Virus record (IMG/VR): IMGVR_UViG_3300033179_000001
Location: 20,711-84,710 of that record
Length of the DNA: 64,000 nt
From: a virus
Strand: one strand, 5' to 3'
The stretch's first letter is position 1, and each line of letters starts with the position of its first letter. A model generated the notes under the pieces. The model ran no database searches. It saw nothing but the letters and a program-made list of their open reading frames with translations, and was not told the origin of the DNA. The translations under genes were made by a program, and so were the position numbers. This document shows positions 43,583 to 55,283 of this stretch, piece after piece.

Positions 43583-45143
43583 AGCATCCCCCAAGGCAGG
43601 CCGAGCCAAGGCGTCGGCTTTGAGCGCAGATCGTTGTGTAGCGTGCGTATCGCGGCGCCGGCCCAGCGGACCACAGTGCATGCGCCGATTAAGACCAGTC
43701 CGTAAATCAGGTAGTTCATCTCACTCTCCCAATATCGAATCAAAATCGAAGCAGATAATATACCCCAACAATCGCGGCCGAAACGATCATGACCATTGCC
43801 GGGATATAGATGTACCCCGGATACGGCGGCCTCGTCATCGCCAGCCATTCGCAGTTGCATTCCTGGTACCGAATTTCACAGGTGCACGGTCTCATGATCT
43901 TTGGGCGGCCGGGATTGCGGTTCATATGACGGTCTTCTTTGAACAATGTGGGCAAATCCAAAGCCGGCCCTCCGGCGATTGACGTTCCAGCCAACCCTTC
44001 GTCATCGCGGCTCGGTGCGCTCCGATATACCCATCAGCATCAGTAAAAGCCTCAAAAGCCCGACAAAACATCATCTCGCATATCAGTTCGATCTTGACGG
44101 GAAGTGGAAACATCCCGGTATCGATAGACATGTCTGAACTGATGGTGATTGACATGCTTTGCCCTTCTATATCCGCCATTTATAGGATGTCTGAAATACG
44201 TGGGATTTGATCGCAGCCAAAATATGAACTTTGCCGTAATTGCGCTTGTATCCACGCTTCGACGCAGTCCTGGTAATTGATGCCTCTGAATGGCGCGGAA
44301 GCTTCCGGCATAATTCGGAGCGCGGTGCGTTAATTTCCATGAGGGACTTAAGAGTGGCTAGTTCTTGCATAGTCCAATGGTTTAAACGTCGGGTCATATT
44401 TTCCTTAATTCGAATAGATGAACTAAGACAGGACCACTGTAGTCCCAATTCACATTACACCAATAGTTGTTGGTATCCACTTGGACAAGTATACCGCGAT
44501 TCTCGTGGCCGCGCCATTCTACGCGGTCGCCGATCTCGGGAGCGTCTTTTGGTTTCTTGGCCATCAGTATGGATCGCTCCACAGGTGCTCCACCCGCTGC
44601 GGGTAGCGCGCGAATGGCGTGCGGCAGATCGGGCAACAGAGCACCGGACCAAGCTCTGGCACACGATCAACCCGCACGAGATCGGCAGCCGAGCCCTGCC
44701 AATGGCACTCCGCGCACTGCACCTTCATCGGTGCTTGATTGCCGAAACTCGTGGGTTGGTCGTTCATAGCCTCGCCTCTTCGTCATCAGCCGCCGCCACC
44801 TCGCCCGGCAGGCAGAGGCAGATCAAAAGCCCGAGCAGCCCGAGAACAGTTTTCATCACGATTCCCCCTCCTCAAGCGGAACGATCTTGAAGCCCCGCGC
44901 CCATAGCTCGATCATGGTCCACTCGGCCCAATGCCGATGCTCTAGCGTGCCCGGCAGTGTTTCCATGACCGAGACTAAAGCCTCCCGCGCGCCGTTTCCG
45001 TTCGCGCGCTCAGCCCGGGCGGCTTTGATGTCGACTATGTCGGCCATGTCACCCCAATCAGCGGATAAAATATTCCGGCTATGCCGTACAACAGCACCAG
45101 GAAAGCCACAACGTCGGCCACCGTGATCGATTCGTCTTCGGCC

Positions 45144-45464
45144 TCATCCATTGGCCCGCTCCTTCTTCCCTGCCGGCGTCAGCATCGCCTTGAAAATCGC
45201 AATGCTCGTCTTGCGCTCGACGATGGGGCGGAAACGACCAGAGTGCCAAGCTGGCTCCGATGGTCCGCGATCAATCCATATATCCAGAATAGGCTCGACA
45301 ATTTCCACTAGTCTGACGGCGTGATATCCATCACAACCATCCAGTTCTCTGATTGTGTAAACAGCACCTTTCGTGAGTTGTGGACGCTCGTAATTGATTG
45401 AAGGAATCCGGGCTCTCTTACGAGCGTCTACGCACACGACCTTCTGTCCGACCCCGAACGTCAT
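45144..45464 (-). CDS. SH3-like phage protein
   Basis: F.VGQKVVCVD..G.VYTIR..RFRPIVERKT; paralogue at 50129-50419. Confidence 0.6.
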   Translation of the reverse strand: MTFGVGQKVVCVDARKRARIPSINYERPQLTKGAVYTIRELDGCDGYHAVRLVEIVEPILDIWIDRGPSEPAWHSGRFRPIVERKTSIAIFKAMLTPAGKKERANG

Positions 45465-46069
45465 TTTGTCTCTCCCTTCAGGCGCGCAATTTTCCGCGAG
45501 CGCTGCGGTCTTTCTTGGTGCGAGCCGACCGCGCGACCGATTCAGGCAGAATCCTTGCCGCAAGCAGGCTATAGGGATGAAGGCTCATATCATAGTGGCT
45601 GAGGTCCTTCGGAGGTGGCCTCATCCGCGCCAACGCGGCCTTGCGCCGATCATTCTTTCGTCCGGGGAAATTGCGTGGCTTCATCGTGTTTTACTCCTTT
45701 GTTTAGCCATGGTGCCGGGGGTTTACGCTTTTCGCGCTCCCCGGCGGTTTCATGGCGATCTCCTGTATTAGAGAAGTTTGAGCCTTTTCCCGTCCTGCTC
45801 AGGACCCACAATCTTTGCAAAAATCGTTCATTTACACCGTTGTAGGCGTTCAGTAACGCCTCGTTCGTTTATGACGGCTACTTGAGCGTCATCTCAGGGT
45901 GTCGGTTCACAACGCTTCTCCTCGAAGCCGGCGGCGATTGATCAGTTCACAAAGTTATTCAAAAGGTAGTCGTTGAAGCGGTTCACGGTAGCATCACCCC
46001 CTTTCACTACTGCCTTAAGGCGGGTAGCCCGGAGGCGCCCGCCGTAAAGCCAATATCGGTAGTGGCGGC

Positions 46070-46207
46070 CTAATCCGCCGCTTTCCGCTTGGCAATCTCT
46101 GCCTTGACCTGTTCCAGCATCTTCCGGGGGAGCGTTACGCTGCCTTCTTGATGGCGGAGCACCTTCAGTCCAAGCTCGGCGGTGGTATAAGGGGCCAGAT
46201 CAATCAT
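46070..46207 (-). CDS. Small early protein (45 aa; not in ORF track)
   Basis: Preceded by GCAGCAGGAGA leader. Confidence 0.55.
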   Translation of the reverse strand: MIDLAPYTTAELGLKVLRHQEGSVTLPRKMLEQVKAEIAKRKAAD

Positions 46208-46281
46208 TGTTCGTCTCCTGCTGCAATTCGTGGATATTTCCACATCATCACCGGGATTGCAATAGCCTCCGCAGATTTATT

Positions 46282-46569
46282 TTATATTCCGACCGCGCGC
46301 TCAATCGCCTGCCGTTTGCACCGATCCCAAACCTTGCTGCAAAGCCGGTCAAGCCTGACGGCCTCGATACGCTGTGGTGAACCGGCTGGAAACTTCCAAA
46401 AAGCATAATTCCCGAACCTGCGCCGATAGCAGCGGAACACCTTTGATTTCCGCCGTCGCGAAACCGCCGAAACCATCTTCCAGTGAACTCCGCAAATCCA
46501 TTCTGTGCAGTCCGGTTTTCGCGTGCGCCGGCAGAACGGGACCAAACACTTGATTCGGTCGCCAAGCAT
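46282..46569 (-). CDS. Zinc-finger hypothetical protein
   Basis: CLVPFCRRT..EWIC..HW. Confidence 0.55.
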   Translation of the reverse strand: MLGDRIKCLVPFCRRTRKPDCTEWICGVHWKMVSAVSRRRKSKVFRCYRRRFGNYAFWKFPAGSPQRIEAVRLDRLCSKVWDRCKRQAIERAVGI

Positions 46570-47088
46570 TGTCAGTTCCGTGCATATTTATGAAATAATG
46601 CCGTTTGCTTGGTGGGATCGTCACAATTCCAGTTCCCCTCTAACCATGCTCTCTGAGCCTTTCTGTCGGCAGCGGCCTGATTGAGGAAAGTCTGGCGTGC
46701 GCAATCATCATACGACTTGCCGCCATAAATCGGTATGGGAGGATCGTAGATATAACCGCCGCCCGGGATAGGCAGCATCCCAGAGCGCAGCACCACCGGT
46801 TCAACCGGCTTAGCCTTCGGTGCCGGCTTGTCGTCCCCCAGCATCCGCGACCGGATGTCCGCATAATCGCAATAAATGCTTGGTTCTCGTTCGGTCATTT
46901 CTTTTCTGCCCTCAAGCAACTTGGGATTCTATTCCAACTCTTCGACCACTCTCCACCGGCATCAACGCAGGCTTTCATCATAAAAGCTTCCTGTTTGTCG
47001 GATTCGATATTGGCCTGTGCTGTCCAGTAAGCGATGCAGACTATACCAGCGACCGCAGCAACGCAGACAATCATCGTTTTAGCCGTGG

Positions 47089-47454
47089 TCATTTCTTTTC
47101 CCTCTGCTCGGCTTCGCTTCCAAAATCAGTCAATGCCGACACAGGAACCCGCGCGCAATAGCCGTTCCTGGCTTTGAGATTGTGAGTAATCCCAACATCT
47201 CCAAATCGGCTTGCCATCACGACGCGAACCCGACTTCCGGCCTTCATATGGACTGACTGCATATCTGGATTTTTACCAGTCCATGTACCAAGATAAACGC
47301 TTCCCTCACGATCCTCTTTGAGAGAGGCAAACAACGCAGGTTCATCGGATTCCTTGAGCATCTTCTTGATCGCCGGGCGCCGATTATACTCCAGATATTT
47401 ACGGAGACATTCAGGCTGCGTTTTGTCCTCGATAAATTCGTCGCAATGCTTCAT
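47089..47454 (-). CDS. Conserved phage protein
   Basis: RVRVVMASRFGDVGIT motif. Confidence 0.6.
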   Translation of the reverse strand: MKHCDEFIEDKTQPECLRKYLEYNRRPAIKKMLKESDEPALFASLKEDREGSVYLGTWTGKNPDMQSVHMKAGSRVRVVMASRFGDVGITHNLKARNGYCARVPVSALTDFGSEAEQREKK

Positions 47455-47660
47455 TTCGTTTTCGTCCTCTGCTCGGCTTGGCGACGGCGGTAATAGGTCC
47501 GCTTGGATATGCCCTCAGTTTCCCATGGGCGAGGGCCTGTGATTCGCGGCCGGCCACGACCACGCTTGGGTGCTGCCGGACTATATCCCTCCGGAAGCAA
47601 TATCTTGAGGGCAGCCTCAAGCTCGGGGCTGCCCGTGGTGCGATCCGGGCGGCGGCTCAT
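47451..47660 (-). CDS. Small DNA-binding protein (AT-hook plus HTH)
   Basis: RGRGRPR..PWETEGISKRTYYRR. Confidence 0.65.
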   Translation of the reverse strand: MSRRPDRTTGSPELEAALKILLPEGYSPAAPKRGRGRPRITGPRPWETEGISKRTYYRRRQAEQRTKTK

Positions 47661-48574
47661 GCCGCCACCTTGATTCGCTGGACAATGGTCTGCCGCTCGC
47701 CACGAAACTCGGAATGCTCCTTGATCGTCGCCTTGATCGTCAGCTTTTTGCCGCGCTCAGCACGGAATGCCGTCGACTTGGAAACAATCGCATTGCCGAC
47801 TTCATCGCGCATGGTGACAATCCACACGATACCGAAAGCACCCTCGAAATAGGCAACTCGGTCCACCTCGACATTGAACGTCTCGCGCTTGCCGACCGTG
47901 CCGAGATGGCTGCTGTTCCAAGACGCGCGCCGCTCCAGATCGGCAACAGCGTTCATCACTGCCGCAAGAGCCTTGTCGGACACATAACGACCGGCCAGAC
48001 CGCCCATGATAATATCCGCAATAAACCCGCCCTTGGCCTCGATATCGGTAACTGCGCGAGCGCGCTTGATCAGATCGGTGTGGGATGCCTCAAAGGCTGC
48101 CGCACGAGCCTTCCGCTCGGCCTCGTATGCCGCGCGGCGCTCGGCCGCAGCCTGCGACCGCCGTACATCGCGCTTTTCCCTGGCGATCCGCGTGCGCTCG
48201 GCCTTGACCGTCTTGACCAAACCCGCATCCCCAGTGCGGTTAACACACTCGGAGCCAACGACGAACCGGCGACCAGTCGCACCCTTCACGATGAAATTGT
48301 ACTTGATGCCCATCCCGCAGTAAGCGCAGGAACCGATGCTCAGATCGTGCGGCAGATAGGCCATGGCCATCTGATACGCGGCCGGGTTCGCCTCAGCCAA
48401 TGATGTGGAGGGAATCTCACACATGCCGACACAATAGAATGGCGCGGTTCCGAGCCCGGCTTTCTCAAAGGCGTGAAGGGTTTTTTCGGTGGTCATGTCC
48501 TTGTTGCGGCGCAGATTGGGGAACTTGGCTTCGACGTTCGCGATGGCTTCGGCGTTGGTGCGGGTCTTGGTCAT
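47657..48574 (-). CDS. Early protein with Zn-ribbon and C-terminal OB-like domain
   Basis: CAYCG..VGSECV; IKATIKEH.EFRGE.QT. Confidence 0.65.
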   Translation of the reverse strand: MTKTRTNAEAIANVEAKFPNLRRNKDMTTEKTLHAFEKAGLGTAPFYCVGMCEIPSTSLAEANPAAYQMAMAYLPHDLSIGSCAYCGMGIKYNFIVKGATGRRFVVGSECVNRTGDAGLVKTVKAERTRIAREKRDVRRSQAAAERRAAYEAERKARAAAFEASHTDLIKRARAVTDIEAKGGFIADIIMGGLAGRYVSDKALAAVMNAVADLERRASWNSSHLGTVGKRETFNVEVDRVAYFEGAFGIVWIVTMRDEVGNAIVSKSTAFRAERGKKLTIKATIKEHSEFRGERQTIVQRIKVAA

Positions 48575-48651
48575 GTGTCTCTCCTGCTGCAATGGAATTG
48601 TTGTGCCACAGTTCGGAGAGCCGCGCAACTATTATTTGTGCCACGTCGGAT

Positions 48652-48867
48652 TTATTTTTGCGCCTCGCGAGCCTGCCGAATCAGCGCGCGTTCCGTCTTG
48701 CGATATTCTCGCATATAAACCGCACGCGAGTTCGATGCCTTTGGCGTTACACGTTTCGCTTTGATCGCAAGCGCCTCGTAATCCTCCAGTGCCTCCTGCA
48801 AGCGTTTGTGCGCCGGGAACGTCCGGCGCAGTTCGCTGATGAGTTGGATGCGGTCGGTGGGGGTCAC
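48652..48867 (-). CDS. Small basic protein
   Basis: RAVYMREYRK; coupled to upstream ORF. Confidence 0.5.
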   Translation of the reverse strand: MTPTDRIQLISELRRTFPAHKRLQEALEDYEALAIKAKRVTPKASNSRAVYMREYRKTERALIRQAREAQK

Positions 48868-49055
48868 ACCCCCACCTCCTTGATAACTGCCTTTTTGTAG
48901 ATCGCGGCCTTCATGAACTTCTTTGCGCGATCAAGCATGGCTTGAGCTTCTTCCCGCGTAGCGAAATGCTGAGCACGGTCCATATGGAAAGCCCAGACTG
49001 TGCCGCGAAGGGGAACTTCGTTTCCGTTGTGAACCACTGTGACGATGAAGGCCAT
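48864..49055 (-). CDS. Small early protein
   Basis: GCAGCAGGAGA leader. Confidence 0.6.
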   Translation of the reverse strand: MAFIVTVVHNGNEVPLRGTVWAFHMDRAQHFATREEAQAMLDRAKKFMKAAIYKKAVIKEVGV

Positions 49056-49381
49056 GTGCGTCTCCTGCTGCTGTGCAAGTAACGTAACACGGATTTACGT
49101 AACAGCAAGGAAAATCTTACGTAACAACGATCACGGATTGTTACGTTACAGCGCCCTATCCCGCTGCCTTCCGCCGTTCCGCCGCGACCGAATCAAACAA
49201 ATCATCGTGCCGATTCTCGTTACTCAACAAATCAACCGTGAACCCGATGGCCTGAGCCCTCTCCTGACGCCGCAATCCTGGCGTAAGAGGCGATTCCGGG
49301 GCCGACCTGTACGGCGATGCCTTAATATATCGGTCGCGAATCGGCCGGCCAGATGGGTGTTTCGGGCGCTCAGTCATCGAA

Positions 49382-50068
49382 TTACCCAACCTTTTTAATG
49401 CTTTGCAGCCATTCTTCCGTCCCCATCGGCCTCACAGTCGCCGGCCCGGGCGGCATCGCGGTAATCCGGGAGGTCTTCGGATCAAGCATCAGAGGCACTG
49501 GCGAGGCCACCGGTGCGGGTGGCGGGTTGGGGGCCATCAGGGTAGCGGCCACCTCGTTTGAACGCACCACGGGGCTCGGCTCGGCCTCCATGTCCAGGAT
49601 AGCCGACCCAACTGCCGCCTGCCACACCGTGCTGTCCGCCATCACCGCCGGCACCCGCACCACAAACGGCGCTTGATCCTGCGTCATATCCCCGCGTGAT
49701 TCGACCGCGAGCAGCCGGGCATGCACGTAAGGCGCGGCCTTTGTGGCACATTCCACCGCCGCAACGATGTATCTGTGCCCTTCCTGCGCAGCCTCGGCCA
49801 CCTTCGCGGTCCCAGCGTTCCGCTTCATCAGTCGATCAGCTTTCGTCAGGAACCCAAGTCCCAATGCCTCAAACCGCATCATCGCATCGAGAATCACGGC
49901 CTTTGGTGTTCGAACAGGCGACGACGCCAGCACCATGGCACGCGCCGTTTCCGCGATTATCGATTCGGCTGTCTCAGGTGGCAAGACTTCGGGAACGACT
50001 ATCCGTTCCTTGTTGCCAACGCCCTTTTTCCTGCCGCCTGTTTTGGGTATTCCGCGAGGACGCGGCAT
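49382..50068 (-). CDS. Possible terminase small subunit-like DNA-binding protein
   Basis: KTGGRKKG..NK N-terminus; A.KAAPYVHARL motif. Confidence 0.45.
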   Translation of the reverse strand: MPRPRGIPKTGGRKKGVGNKERIVVPEVLPPETAESIIAETARAMVLASSPVRTPKAVILDAMMRFEALGLGFLTKADRLMKRNAGTAKVAEAAQEGHRYIVAAVECATKAAPYVHARLLAVESRGDMTQDQAPFVVRVPAVMADSTVWQAAVGSAILDMEAEPSPVVRSNEVAATLMAPNPPPAPVASPVPLMLDPKTSRITAMPPGPATVRPMGTEEWLQSIKKVG

Positions 50069-50128
50069 TTCGTGGACGTTCCTAATCTATTTGGTTTCTA
50101 TCTGGAGGATACGGGTAAATTGGCTGGA

Positions 50129-50419
50129 TCACAAGACGGAGGCTGGTTCCTGTTGTTCAGTCTTCAATGTTGGCTCGACCACGGGGCGGAAACGTTCCGG
50201 TTTGAACGGCCATTCCGTTTCACCTTGATCGGACCAAATGATGGATGGATTAGGGAGTTCCTCCAAGTATACGCCATAGCCTTCGATGTGATCCTGAACT
50301 AGGAAGCCCCGCACGGTATAAATCTGACCCTTTCGCGGCCGACATGGCGTATAGGCGATTGTTTCCTGGTTCACGCTATCGTCTATGCATATAACCTTCT
50401 GTCCAATCCTGAATATCAT
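50129..50419 (-). CDS. SH3-like phage protein
   Basis: FRIGQKVICID..GQIYTVR..RFRPVVE. Confidence 0.6.
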   Translation of the reverse strand: MIFRIGQKVICIDDSVNQETIAYTPCRPRKGQIYTVRGFLVQDHIEGYGVYLEELPNPSIIWSDQGETEWPFKPERFRPVVEPTLKTEQQEPASVL

Positions 50420-50700
50420 AAACGCCTCCAGTGTGAGGTTAACGCCATTCGTAAGTGTTGCAACCCTGCGCTCCATATGCCGTCAGCGGAGACCTCTCAA
50501 CGATCCGTTGTAAGCACCCTTCACAAAGATCAAGGGTCTCAAACGTCAAATGCGGATTGCATGGACGGCCTTCGGTCTGCTCGGTCGTAAAAACCACAGG
50601 AACACGCTGTTGCAACTTCGTCGCCGGCTCCTTGCAGAGGTCGCATGTGTGCTTCGTAATCGTGGCCATGCCGTTCTCTCTGATGTGATGAAAAGAAAAG

Positions 50701-50973
50701 TTACGTGCAGACGAAGTGTTCCGAGCACGCCAGCACAGGGCCGCACCTCGGACACGGGCGGGGCGGCTCAATGATCTTGCCGGAGTCGTCAAGTTCGACC
50801 GTCTCAAACGATCGTCCGCGCACCCGCAAGGCAGTCTGCCGTCGCTTCCTGGGTTGCCCCATAAAAGCCCTCTCTGTGGCTGCGTACAGTTTATCTGCAA
50901 GCCATTGGCTGGCGTCTTCCTCGCCCCATTCGCTCAATCCATCCTGCCAGTCCGCGTCAGCTTCGTCACCCAT
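50701..50973 (-). CDS. Hypothetical protein
   Basis: Shares TALR..FE.VE.DD.GKIIEPP with 56286-56519. Confidence 0.55.
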   Translation of the reverse strand: MGDEADADWQDGLSEWGEEDASQWLADKLYAATERAFMGQPRKRRQTALRVRGRSFETVELDDSGKIIEPPRPCPRCGPVLACSEHFVCT

Positions 50974-52023
50974 TATGATTCCCTAGTTATCTGCTGAATA
51001 ATACAAAATGCGGGAGTCGTGAACCTTGAACGGTATTATGCCTTCACCGAGCCGCGATCCGCAGGTTCACTTTCTGAAAGCCGACCCTCCCGCCTAGCCG
51101 ACCAAGAACTGTCGCGGTCGGTAACTGAATTACTCAAAAGCCTTTTCCTTCATGCGCCGGATAATTTCTTCACCTAATTCGACCTCGCAAAGCTCAATAG
51201 CGGCCACGATTTCCTGCGCCAATTCTTTCTGGTGACGCCACGGTGCTCCAGGTAACCATTTCTCCGCAATCCTGATTGCCTCAGTCGCTGCCGTTGTGAC
51301 CACGGTCATTGCTCAGTCCATCCCATAATCTTTGTCTTCAGGTAATTGCCAATCCGCGCCATTGCGTCACAATGGGCGCGATCAATTCCGTATGTGGTCA
51401 TGTGCTCGCCACCCTTGATCGCTTGCGTGGCAGTCTCGCCGACACCGGCCGGGCGATCGACCTTTCGCGCGTAAATCATGACCTGATCGTATCCATAGGC
51501 TTCCGCGATAAGCCGAGCCGCACTGATTGGGATTCGCTTCATGGCTATGCCCTTTCATTCATAGATTGTAGCACGTTCCTGGCTTGGCCGTCGCCTGATT
51601 CGCGTGTGGATCGAAGCGAATCCTAGTGTAAAACTGTGGTGGTTGGCTCGGCGCGAATACCGTCAATGAGACTTCCCAATCATCAGCCAGAGTGATGATA
51701 GCGGCAAGATCGCTCACACCATCATGAGACCGATAGATCACCGGTCCAATACGGGGTCCGCGTGATCTGGTCATTTCCACTCCTGCAGTTTGCGCAAGTC
51801 CAAGACCTTGCCAGCATCAGCAATTAGCGCAATAAAATCGCCAATCCCGATCGGAATCTTGATGATATCCATCTCTATTCTAGGCTCTAGACAAAGACAA
51901 ATGATCCCTGTCTCTTCTTGGTTGCCGCTGGCACTCCATGACGAAGTCACGACAGGATCATCGCCGTAATTGAAAACCAATATGGTCATTGATCCTGCAC
52001 CGGCATTTTGAAGTCGTGGAAAT

Positions 52024-52581
52024 TCACTGTTCATCTCCGTTTTCAGATTGGAAGCGCCACCATTTCCATACCCATGCATTTCGGTATTTTGGCTTTCCTC
52101 GTGTCAGATAGCGCTCTATTTCACGCGGTAGAAAATTTTCATATGCGTCGCAAATCTCACCATGGCTAACCGCCATGTAATGACCTGTCACATTGACAAT
52201 GAACGGACCATCAGCGCCGCGCTCGCGCAGGAAATCGCTGAAAAGGTATGGTTTGAACCCTTGAGGACGCTTATAGCTTCTGCGAATGCCGCCGGGCGCA
52301 ATCCAATCCCCTTTCGGATCATCAACGAGTTTCAACCGACCTTCAGGCGCTTCCCAGCGCTCGGCAACAGACCAGCCGAGAATTGCCATGGTAGCCAGCA
52401 AATCAGCATTGGACATGCCCATTACCGGCATGTGGGAGCCGCTGGCATCGCGGATATCACCGCGCGCTTGGCGCACCGCATCACGAACGTCCGACCCCAT
52501 ATAGCCTGTTACGGCCATAATGGCGGTCGGCCCACAATAGCGTGACGATCCGGAATTTTTATTTGGTGTATGTAACGTCAT
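52024..52581 (-). CDS. Possible papain-fold (C39-like) protein
   Basis: YCGPTAI..V.VTGHY.AV. Confidence 0.45.
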   Translation of the reverse strand: MTLHTPNKNSGSSRYCGPTAIMAVTGYMGSDVRDAVRQARGDIRDASGSHMPVMGMSNADLLATMAILGWSVAERWEAPEGRLKLVDDPKGDWIAPGGIRRSYKRPQGFKPYLFSDFLRERGADGPFIVNVTGHYMAVSHGEICDAYENFLPREIERYLTRGKPKYRNAWVWKWWRFQSENGDEQ

Positions 52582-52587
52582 GTTGAT

Positions 52588-52809
52588 TTACCACGCGCTG
52601 GCTTGCTCGATCGACGCGCAACGGCTCAATCCATTGTGGGGAACAAAACTATAAATTCGGCCGGTTCCCTGTTGGACCAAAACGTATTGATCCGGGAGAT
52701 AGTTTCCGGGGGTGGCGACCTTCTTGACGATCTCAAGACCGGTGACAAAGCCGACTTTAACGACTTGGCCGATGGCCCAGTCTTGCTTGGCGCGACGATG
52801 GAATGACAT
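52588..52809 (-). CDS. Small early protein
   Basis: TTGACG promoter and GCAGCAGGAGA leader. Confidence 0.6.
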   Translation of the reverse strand: MSFHRRAKQDWAIGQVVKVGFVTGLEIVKKVATPGNYLPDQYVLVQQGTGRIYSFVPHNGLSRCASIEQASAW

Positions 52810-52937
52810 GGTCTGTTCTCCTGCTGCACCCTGAATAAAGCACAGGCCGAAATATGCGTCAAGGGAAATTTCCACAAATAGTGCTTGGTACCGAAAATAA
52901 ATCGTGCTAGGGTTTTTGGGCAGCAGGAGATACGGGA

Positions 52938-53195
52938 ATGCTTACCGATATAAAAACAGTCGCCGACCGCCAGAAATTGCCATCGTATGTGCGAGCGGCA
53001 ATCGACTTCAAAGAGACATCTGGTCTCCGCAATAAGCAGCAATCTGGTAAGACATATCGCAAAATGGCGATACAGGCGGCAGCGCGCCGTGCGGTCGAGG
53101 AAGGCGAGATCAGTCTGGCTCTGGCGATCGAATTACTTCAGGTAAACCGGGCGTACGGTCCGAAGGGAAAGAAGGCGCTAGAAGGTCTGTCTTGA
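52938..53195 (+). CDS. First gene of a divergent + strand early unit
   Basis: GCAGCAGGAGA leader at 52920-52930. Confidence 0.55.
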   Translation: MLTDIKTVADRQKLPSYVRAAIDFKETSGLRNKQQSGKTYRKMAIQAAARRAVEEGEISLALAIELLQVNRAYGPKGKKALEGLS

Positions 53196-53979
53196 TGAAA
53201 TTTTATCAACTTCACCGCACTTGCGAAGCCGGAACCAGCGCCGGTTATGAATATTTCACCAGTCGGCGCGAAGCTAAAAGAGCGCTTGCGGTGTGGCGCC
53301 GAAATAGTCCCGGTGACGTTCAAGACCAGCAAGGTGATATTGAGCCCATCGAAATCGAACCGACCCGCGCCGGGATCGTGCATGCACTCAACCGCTACGC
53401 TAATCACGAAGATAATGGCTAAATCTGCAAAGATGATCCAATGACCGAATCACACAAGGTCCAAGCCAGAGCCCTGCAGCGCGGCGACCTGACCGGCAGC
53501 GGCGAAACGATCGTGGCCGTTTTCCAAGGCCCGCGCATTCCCGCCGGCTATGGCAAACACCGAATGGACAAGGTCGAAATCACCTTGGAACGGGACGGCC
53601 GACGCCGAACCTCGATCTGGGGTGCCTATACCCTGATCAATGTACGGCGAGAGGTAAAATCAGCATGACCGCCCGCGAACGAATCATCCGAGGCATCATG
53701 GCCTATGCCTATGCGTCTGCCCGGCGCTGTGGCGAACACGCATCAGACGCCAGCCGGGAGGCCCACGAGGCTGCGGAGTTCGTCAAACAGGTGATGGCAT
53801 GATTCGCGGCGATATGCGGCATGATTGGAATAAGCACGAATTTATCGAGGTTGGTCACCGGCGCTGGTGCGTCAATTGCGACTTGTTCCAGAGCCTCCGG
53901 CCGGGATCGCCTTGGTGGAGAACTGCGGCAAGCGAATGTCCGAGAACGACTCCGCATGCCATTGCTCAGGAGGAACGAA

Positions 53980-54339
53980 ATGTCGTGGAACGATGACAGT
54001 TGGCGCGATTCTTACGATTCCTGGAAACTCCGATCGCCGGATGAGGAATACGGCTATGACGAGGATGATCCGTGCGACCACGAGGATTATGAGACCAATA
54101 TCATTGATGGTCGTTGCTGGTGTGATCGGTGCGGAGAAGTCTGGCATGCGAGCAGCGATGATATCGCGCGCCAAATTCAACACGAGGCCGAATATCACGA
54201 ATGGGAACGCCGTCAGCAACGCCACGAGTTCTGGCGCAGGTTGACCTACCCGATTCGCTGGCCGATCTTCCGGCTGCTGGAGCGCGTGTGGCCGCGTAAG
54301 GCGTTCAGCGTGCTCCACGACGACGAGATTCCGTTTTAA
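53980..54339 (+). CDS. Hypothetical protein
   Basis: GGAGG SD; YDSWKL..C..C; ends DDEIPF. Confidence 0.55.
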   Translation: MSWNDDSWRDSYDSWKLRSPDEEYGYDEDDPCDHEDYETNIIDGRCWCDRCGEVWHASSDDIARQIQHEAEYHEWERRQQRHEFWRRLTYPIRWPIFRLLERVWPRKAFSVLHDDEIPF

Positions 54340-54360
54340 CGGCAAGTTAAGGAAAATCAG

Positions 54361-54534
54361 ATGAGCGAGTGGAAGCCGATCGAAATAGCGCCGAAGGATA
54401 CGCTGATCCTGATGTTCGCTCCGCCTGAAAAATTAAGCAATGATCCGGAGCAAGAGTTTGAAATGAAGGTGTCAACAACGCGCAATTGGTGCTGGGCAAC
54501 CCACTGGATGCCCCTCCCGGACCCGCCGCGATGA
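54361..54534 (+). CDS. DUF551-like protein (not in ORF track)
   Basis: W.PIE.APKD..THWMPLP.PP. Confidence 0.7.
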   Translation: MSEWKPIEIAPKDTLILMFAPPEKLSNDPEQEFEMKVSTTRNWCWATHWMPLPDPPR

Positions 54535-55283
54535 CGTTGCCAGCACGCACTCTGGTTTGGTGGTCGACCGGAGCGGCTAGCGCCGTCACAGCGCAGCTTA
54601 TGCTTTGGCGCAAACCAGATGCTATCTTGGTTCGGTGCGAAACTTCGAATGAAGATCCGGACAATTATCGTTTTGAGGCAGATATCATGCGGCTGCTAGA
54701 TCGGTCGATCACCATCCTGCATTCCGATGAATACGCCGACGTCTGGGACGTTTGGCAGAAGAAGCGATACATGTCCGGCATCAAGGGAGCGCCCTGCACC
54801 GCAGCGATGAAGGTCGCGCCTCGCCTTGCATTTCAGAAGCCAACCGATCTGCATGTCTTTGGGTATACGACGGACGCCGAAGACATGGACCGATTTAAGA
54901 AGCTAAAGGCGAACTTCCCAGAGATTTCGATTCGGGCTCCTCTCATTGAGCAAGGCATCACCAAGGCTGCCTGTATGGCGCTGGTAGAACGCTGGGGCGT
55001 CGCGCTGCCCCGCTCCTATGCGATGGGCTTCCCAAATGCCAACTGTCTTGGAACGGGCTGTGTGAAGGCTACAAGCCCGGATTATTGGTCGCTGTATCGT
55101 TTCAGGTTTCCTGACCGCTTCACGCGGACGGCGGCTTATGCCAGGGAGATTGGATGTCGCCTGACACGGATCAACAACGTGCGAATCTTTATCGACGAAA
55201 TACCGGCCGATTGGCCGATGACGAACCCAATCGTTCCGGCATGCGACTTTCTCTGCCACCTTGCCGAAATGGAACCAGCATAG
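54531..55283 (+). CDS. PAPS-reductase-like adenine nucleotide alpha-hydrolase
   Basis: WWSTGAASAV, GAPCT..MK, GF.NANC..GCVK, C..C. Confidence 0.7.
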   Translation: MTLPARTLVWWSTGAASAVTAQLMLWRKPDAILVRCETSNEDPDNYRFEADIMRLLDRSITILHSDEYADVWDVWQKKRYMSGIKGAPCTAAMKVAPRLAFQKPTDLHVFGYTTDAEDMDRFKKLKANFPEISIRAPLIEQGITKAACMALVERWGVALPRSYAMGFPNANCLGTGCVKATSPDYWSLYRFRFPDRFTRTAAYAREIGCRLTRINNVRIFIDEIPADWPMTNPIVPACDFLCHLAEMEPA

